Position numbers and translations under genes: made by a program. This document shows positions 60,181 to 64,000 of a stretch of DNA of 64,000 nt, in pieces. The notes under the pieces were generated by a model. It was not told where the DNA came from. It was given only the letters and a program-made list of their open reading frames with translations, and did not search any database. Source of the stretch: Puccinia triticina (Eukaryota); NCBI GenBank assembly GCA_026914245.1, contig CP110439.1:8308001-8372000 (forward strand), in the 5' to 3' direction. The stretch's first letter is position 1. Each line of letters begins with the position of its first letter.

Positions 60181-61086
60181 TGTGGTAACCCTGTTCCCAC
60201 TCATATCACCATTCTCATATCATACATATCCCTCACATATCCATCATTATTATTCCAGATTCAGATTCTACACCTCATTTTACCCCTAGTCACTCACTCA
60301 CACCACCCTGAAATTCCCTTTGGATCAGAATTTATTAGCATATACAGTTTCATTGGTATTTTCCTGCTTCTCACATTTCATCTACATTACATATTCCAGT
60401 CATCATCACCATAGCTACATATATTACACATTACATAGTGCTCATCATTACTTCACTTCATCATTACATTACATAGTGCTCATCATTACTTGACTTCATC
60501 ATTACATTACATAGTGCTCATCATTACTTCACTTCATCACTACATTTCATCATTGCTCATCTTCAGATCTTGTCACATTGTGCTCATCATGATTTCCCCT
60601 TGTTGTATTTCCTCACATATATACTCCCCTCTATATGTTGTATCCCCACATTGAATTTCTACTCCATACACCCTGTATGACCTTTTCACCACACCATTAG
60701 ATACACCTTCATCAGTACATATTTCACCACACCATTAGATAACATTGCCATTCACACATCTTATACACTTTCATACATACCAGAAATATATCCCCCTGCA
60801 TATATCATTCACATTTGCACATCACCTTTCATCTTTGCCCCCCACTACTCCTCCACTCCTCCTCATACCCTACAGGTACAAGTAGTCGGCTCATAGTATT
60901 AGTCAGTCTAAGATTATAGTAGAAAAGCCACACCTTTCTTCTTTTTCTTAGTGTTACACTCATCCCCAGTAGTATTAGTCAGGAAGGCAGCTCTTATATC
61001 AGCATCCTTGGCATAGCTTACATTAGTACTAGTGTAGTTATACATTTCCCTTCCCAGCTCTATTCTCCCATTTGAGTAGTTCCACA
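60181..61086. mobile_element. Solo LTR (906 bp), probably of the B/D lineage
   Basis: TGTGG..CCACA ends; 4-bp TSD ACGG; TATATA ~60618; internal ~39-bp tandem repeat ACATTACATAGTGCTCATCATTACTT(C/G)ACTTCATC. Confidence 0.72.
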
Positions 61087-61984
61087 ACGGGGATGCAGAC
61101 CTAATTTCTGTTGTCCCTCTGCAACCGCTGTTGAATTATGCCCACCTTGAAAATCCCTGTTTTTTTTTGTGCTTTTCAACACATATACACATGGGTGCAA
61201 ATGGTCCTCCTCCAATGTGAATTATGTTGATTGGTCTGGATAAAGCAGGTACTACTACAAAGTGCATCAGTTTTATCAAAGAACTGGGCTACTATGTACC
61301 ATGTCATAATAGCAATCAACACCGTGTTGTTGCACAATGCCCATTGACATGATGGTACCTGTGATGAAAGCATGCTACCTGTAGGCTGTACAAACAAATT
61401 GGTGGAAAAAATCAAGGAAAAGATGTGAAGATAATTGTAGAGACTGTAAAATGAAGATGTGTCTGGTGAGAGTCAAACTCATGGCTTCAGCTATGCTGAG
61501 ACAAATACTAGAGTGCTGCCTTTACCAACTAGCACAGCAGGCAATCAGATGTCACATGCAGCCCGCAGCGACACCCAAGCCAAGGGGTCCCCCTTTACTT
61601 GGGTGTTGCTGTGATTGCCCGCTGTGTAGGCTACAGACGTTTGTGGCTGCCAGCTGGGTGGTTGGTTTGTAGTGCTCATGGGTTGATGCAACAGCCCTCC
61701 ATACTGTGGTGATACATCATGGTAGCAGACTAACAGACAACTCAACAATAATCAGTCTACAAGACAAAAGGTGTTACCCATGCTGGGATGTGCATGGACA
61801 TTTTAGAATTCACTGTTAACCTTGGATTTCTCAGACCAGTTTCTGAATTTTTTTACCTGCTGGTTCCAGGATCACTGAAATATTGATGAACCTGTTGATA
61901 TCCACCAATCTACCCACTTTCTCTTGAGAAACTTGATTAATTTCACAACTAGCCACATTTTTAGTCAGGTGGCGGTAAAAATAT

Positions 61985-62142
61985 GGCCCCGTTTGGCTGC
62001 CGGGTTATACTTGATAAATGGGCTTATTTATAACGCGCGACCCCCGGGGGGTCAAAGTTTTTGGTGGAGACAGGGGGAGAAATTTGGGTCGCGCGTGATA
62101 AATTTGCACATTTGTCGTATAATGTGGCAGCCAAACGGGGCC
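61985..62142. mobile_element. PIF/Harbinger-like MITE
   Basis: Same TIR as 49902-50064; TSD TAT. Confidence 0.83.
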
Positions 62143-62314
62143 TATGAAAAGTTTGCAATGTGTATTCTCATATGCCAGGTGTGTTACAAAAATAACAGCT
62201 GATGACACTTTCAACTTTACCTTTCATGAGTAATCCACCCTTTGTTAAACATGGTAGGGAAAATCAAAACAGCCCCCGGTATTGTTCACATTTCACTGCT
62301 TTGCAATGTGGATA

Positions 62315-62528
62315 TAGAGATGGCACTTGGCACCCGCCGGCGGGTACCCGCCACACTTCAGCACATAATTCTATGCGCCTGCAGGCGCCCATGGCGGGTG
62401 CCAGGGGTTCCATTTTAGTAAAAATACATGCAGGGAGCTGCACACGCGCAATGGGTACCTGCAAGCGCATAGAATCATGTGCTGAAGTGTGGCGGGTACC
62501 CGCCGGCGGGTGCCAAGTGCCATCTCTA
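62315..62528. mobile_element. hAT-type MITE (214 bp)
   Basis: TIR TAGAGATGGCACTTGGCACCCGCC; 8-bp TSD TGTGGATA. Confidence 0.9.
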
Positions 62529-64000
62529 TGTGGATAGTTATAAGTTACACAACTTTTCCCAGCTTTGGCACTGTTTGATACTCAAAGAATAGACATTTGG
62601 TTTTAACATCACTTACCTCCCAATTTGTTACAGGAATAGGCATGAAATAAACATGCCAGACGGATTCATCTACCACTTGGTTGAGACTTTGCAGTTGCTA
62701 CTTTTTACAAGTTTTTTTCACAATCTCATTTTACCTGTGTTTTGAATGAAAGAAATCAGCTCTCCAAAACATTCCTTGTCACTTAGCCAAGGATAGGTTT
62801 AGCATAAGCATAGTCAAATGCTTGGCACCACATCTTGTGCATTGAAGTTAACATCCAGAATGTGATCAAGATGGACCAGACAAACAATTTCACAAGAGAG
62901 ATTTTCATCCGTTGGGGTTGAGGAAGATCAGTTGGAAACAACTTCACCTAAATTTATGCTTGGATTGAAAAGAAAGTTGAGCAAAGGGTGACAGTTGACA
63001 TTGAACTCACATCAGACCATTTGACTGATAAAATTACAGTCTGACACTCTCTAGAGAGTGCCACGCATTCCCCCCTGGTGTGGATATAGGAATTGAGGAA
63101 AATTGCTTTTGGAACAAAAAATAAAAATCAGATACTCCAAATTTTCAAAGTATTTTTCAACACAATATTTAGAGCCTCGACTAAGAATTTAAGCATTCAC
63201 TTGAATTTTTTTGAAGTATAGCCATAGGTAACCTCTGGTTAAATTATAACTACAGGGAAATGAAAGCTCATCTAACACCAGTAAAGCCTATGGTACATCT
63301 CATCTGAAGAATAAATATCATCCTTATCCCCTTTGATCATTAGCTTTATCTTAACAAGTACTTTTATAGGATCAGAAGGATTCCAGCTATTTACACATAG
63401 TTTTTTGAGTTCTAATGGTCAACAGTGTTTGGACAGACATTTTTCTGAGGGCAACATTGCATGAGGCTAAATCAAATAGCGGGCCACTATGATAAACTAC
63501 ACTAGACAGCCACTGGTGTAGCAGCGCATAGTGTGGTCTGCTGCAACCATGGCGTCATCACGCTTTGAGAGGCTCTACGCTAACACTCCGACATGCCTCT
63601 TTTACCGGGAAAAGCCACTAAGAAGCAGCACAACACAGCGCAGTGGGATTAAGTTTTGGTTGGCAGTGGTTAGTGCTAGCTTAATGCCGCTAACCACCAA
63701 TTGTAAATCCTGTTGGTCTTCATGGTATCAAGTTACGCTATGCTGTGCTATTGCTAATGATAGTGTAGCTGACCCACTGTTGCTACAAATTTCTCTATCT
63801 GGTCACTAAACCAACCTCAGATTATGGTGTTGCACACCATTTTGGGCACACAAGGGCAAACTAGCAATCCAGGTTTTCCAAGAACAAATAGTCACAATCC
63901 CAACACCTGCTTGGCACATGACAAAGCGGGGGGGGGGGCAAAAATCTGCTTGGTCCAAATCAAGCAAAGGTGCCACAGCATCCTGATTTCACCCATGAAG

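Overview
Eukaryotic, TE-rich fungal DNA. The short GT-AG introns, LEU1 and AP-3 beta genes, and TE content suggest a rust fungus (Pucciniales); this is an inference. Positions 959-43512 hold two nested transposon stacks. Stack 1: chromovirus A (959-25682) contains a hAT DNA transposon (8863-24164), which contains Gypsy B (12414-24023, minus strand). Stack 2: Copia C (29336-43512, minus) contains Gypsy D (35079-43497, minus). Next come an AP-3 beta-adaptin gene, LEU1, many MITEs and a solo LTR. Main discoveries: (1) element A carries a sense-strand spliced accessory gene whose last intron removes the gag ATG and whose last exon overprints gag; (2) element B carries a 5-exon antisense gene between pol and the 3' LTR, in a segment bracketed by PPT copies; (3) element D has a ~50-nt PBS matching a mature tRNA-Tyr and four copies of a structured RNA module; (4) B, D and a solo LTR all have 4-bp TSDs with a central CpG; (5) B and D have Gag-PR / RT-RH-IN separated by a U UUU UUA -1 frameshift site with a predicted pseudoknot. 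All analysis was done by eye and no searches were run.
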